Position numbers and translations under genes: made by a program. Of a stretch of DNA of 64,000 nucleotides, positions 61,630 to 64,000 are shown piece after piece. The notes beneath the pieces were generated by a model, which was given only the letters and a program-made list of their open reading frames with translations, did not search any database and was not told the origin of the DNA. The first letter of the stretch is position 1, and every line of letters begins with the position of its first letter. Source of the stretch: Paecilomyces variotii (taxonomy: Eukaryota); the NCBI GenBank assembly GCA_004022145.1, contig RCNU01000001.1; one strand, given 5' to 3'.

Positions 61630-63601
61630 GTTAGTCTAGTTGACTTAATAATTAATACTTGGAGTCTTGGACAGTATGGTTACTGGTATATGCTATGACG
61701 AGACCCTTTTAGGAGCGAGTTGGGAACCAAAGAGGCATCAAGGCCCGCGTACCGTACCGAGACTCTGGAGTCGGGGGGACGCCATTGACGTCGATGCACA
61801 GGGGCTTACCCGCTGGATCGGGGGCGCTTTAGTGACGTTCCGGGCGCCGTTGCGCGCAAGGGCTAAGGGGGCTCTGGGGGGGGCCAGCAGCCGCTTATAT
61901 CGTCGCAGCGCCCAGCGCCCCGGCGTGATGCACCGTCGGACGCGGTGAAGAACGCACATCCTACCAGAAGACGGCGGCAACGATTGTCTGGGATGCCGGC
62001 CAGATTGCTTAGGGAAAGGATTCTCTGCGAATTGCTGTCCACGCGTTCGCCAGAGTGGGAGGGAATAATCAGCCCCGAGAAAACTCCACTGCAGACACTA
62101 TGGTATTTATTATTATTATTACTATGGTACGTAGTTACTCGACAGCTACATAGAGCGAACAGAAATGTAGGAACACGGCCACTCGAGTAGTTAACTCTGT
62201 CCATCAGGTGTCAAGTCGATGGGAAGACTTGAGTGAGTGAGTGAACGAGTTAGTAGTTGCCTACCTTGATTGTAGTTAGCAGACAGTATTAATAAATAAT
62301 AATAGTCTGGGGGTCAACTTGCACAAGTCTTGTAGAGAGGCTCTCTCTCTCTCTCATCGGGACACTAGCGAAAAGCACTATCTACCGGGTTGCAGACCTT
62401 GTGCATCCCATCGCTCGATTCGCAGTGCGGTCCGCTCTTCTGCTTTTTCTCCTCTCAAGACTCACCCTCTCTCCGGAACACACTTGGTTAGCATGTGGTA
62501 GTCAGTTCGTTAGTTGGTAGTTCATTAATTCAGCAGAGCAAAGAGGGCAAATAAAAAAAAAAGCACAAAAAGAGAGGCATTGGCCATAGTGATGAGCACT
62601 TATTATAATAGATAATTATTATCTATCATTATAATAATTATTAACCTTCGTTCTTCATCCACGGTTGGGCTTTTTTTGCACCGCCCAAACACCTAGGTAG
62701 ACTGGACGTCCTCTTAACTCAAAAAGAAAAGAAAGCAAAAATAGAAAGCCAAAAAAGCCCACTGGTCGACCACGAGGATCACTAACCCTCTTTCTCTCAT
62801 TTTTTTTTTCTTTTTACAGTTTTTTTTTTTTTTTTTTCCATCGTGGCCCCTCTCCCAACTAAGTACCAGCCAGGCTGCCTTGGAACGGGTAGCAGTGCTC
62901 CTCCTGTGAACTCTGTACACACTGTGTTTTTCTCCCTCCGCGCGCTCTCTCGTCTCTTGTCGCTCCCACACGTCAGAGCCTCACTATTTTCGATAACCAT
63001 AACCCCATCCCTCCTCCTCCCCCCCCTTTTTTTCCCTTCATCAACCATAATTTCCACCCACAGTCGTTCGTTGCCATCGCAAATTTAGCCTCAGCTGGCG
63101 CCCACCAGGGGGGAATTTTGTGAGCCGCTTTTTTTCCCCCAGTCTCGTCGACGTCATCGGTTCGGACCCCAGGGAGAGAAGGCCAATTCTCGCTTTTCGC
63201 TGGATCCCGACGCAGAGCCTGCCTGTCTGCCTGCTCCAGCGCATCGCAGCCGATCCCTCACTCACTCTCACTCAAACCAAACATCGCCTGCGGAACATCG
63301 CCATCACACACCCCTCGCCCATCCATCTGCATCCAAACCCCCCTCCCCTCACAACCAACACCCCCCCCCATTTCCAGTTCTGGAGGCGATACGCTGTCCT
63401 CTTGCCTTTTCGTCCCGAAACTCTTTTTTTATTTTTATTTTTTTTCCCTCCCTTCTGGCTGTACCGCCCCCCCTTTTCCCCCGCTGCAGATCCGCCCGAG
63501 AGATGCATGGCCGATTCCACTCCTGTGTACTTGCACTGACGGACGACTACTAATTCTGCGACCGGCGGTGGAGGGGAGAAGCGTTAGGGGACCTCCCCAG
63601 C

Positions 63602-64000
63602 ATGAAGACTCCTCCGCTTCCATCGCCGGCCAAGGCACCCTCGCCTGTGGCCGCGTCTCATACACATCTACGGCGCCCGTCTCGACAGGACTTGGAGAGC
63701 CCTGCTGTTTCGAATCTGGACGGACCCGTGGCCGGAGCCCAGGATGTCAGGTCCCCCCTCGCTTATCGACAGGACATGAATGTGTCGACCCCGATGCTCG
63801 AGCAGGACTTTGACAGCCGGATCGACGGTCCCGACAGGGTTGCGGATAAGAAGAAGCAGGACACCGATGCGCGGACGTTGGAAGAGCTACGGAGACGGAT
63901 GGAGGAGACTCTCGTCTATCAACAGTCACTGCAAAAATCGTACACGTTTCCGAATCGTGATCTGTCGTCGCCCGAGTCGTCGGAAAGGAAGAGCGGCGGT
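63602..64000 (+). CDS. 5' end of a gene divergent from the group X histidine kinase (low-complexity N-terminus; possibly a second hybrid histidine kinase)
   Basis: ATG at 63602 opens 133 stop-free codons (MKTPPLPSPAKAPSPVAASH...TLEELRRRMEETLVYQQ...) to the window end; identity only from recalled Aspergillus phkA/phkB adjacency. Confidence 0.65.
   Translation, partial: MKTPPLPSPAKAPSPVAASHTHLRRPSRQDLESPAVSNLDGPVAGAQDVRSPLAYRQDMNVSTPMLEQDFDSRIDGPDRVADKKKQDTDARTLEELRRRMEETLVYQQSLQKSYTFPNRDLSSPESSERKSGG

Noticed and set aside
59067..63539. Numerous short ORFs in the large intergenic region
   Set aside because: Low-complexity, homopolymer-driven, no motifs or consistent splice structure
1..64000. 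Transposons, CRISPR arrays, rRNA
   Set aside because: No transposase/RT/integrase ORFs, long terminal repeats or regularly spaced repeats observed

Overview
Intron-containing genomic DNA of a filamentous ascomycete, most likely Eurotiales (Aspergillus/Paecilomyces/Talaromyces-like, inferred from gene content and short GT-AG introns with CTRAC branch sites). It holds about 21 protein-coding genes and one tRNA-Val(TAC). Housekeeping genes are RPL27, RPC9/RPC17, NOP58, VMA6, PRS5, PIG-H, PUS3, allantoicase, stomatin and a group X hybrid histidine kinase. An accessory-looking block at about 9.8-18.6 kb carries a sphingolipid C9-methyltransferase, a GH3 beta-glucosidase, a methyltransferase remnant and a secreted FAD oxidase. 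The most unusual items are a PARP-like ADP-ribosyltransferase/E2 fusion, a Hub1/UBL5 homolog fused to an RS-rich domain, an atypical Rho-like GTPase whose CaaX is followed by a UGA-CUA readthrough context, a catalytically degenerate amidoligase-like protein, a candidate small secreted peptide, a UaY site upstream of allantoicase and dispersed TpA/CTAG-rich non-coding micro-islands. No transposon, rRNA or CRISPR array was recognised. All calls come from manual reading; no database searches were run.
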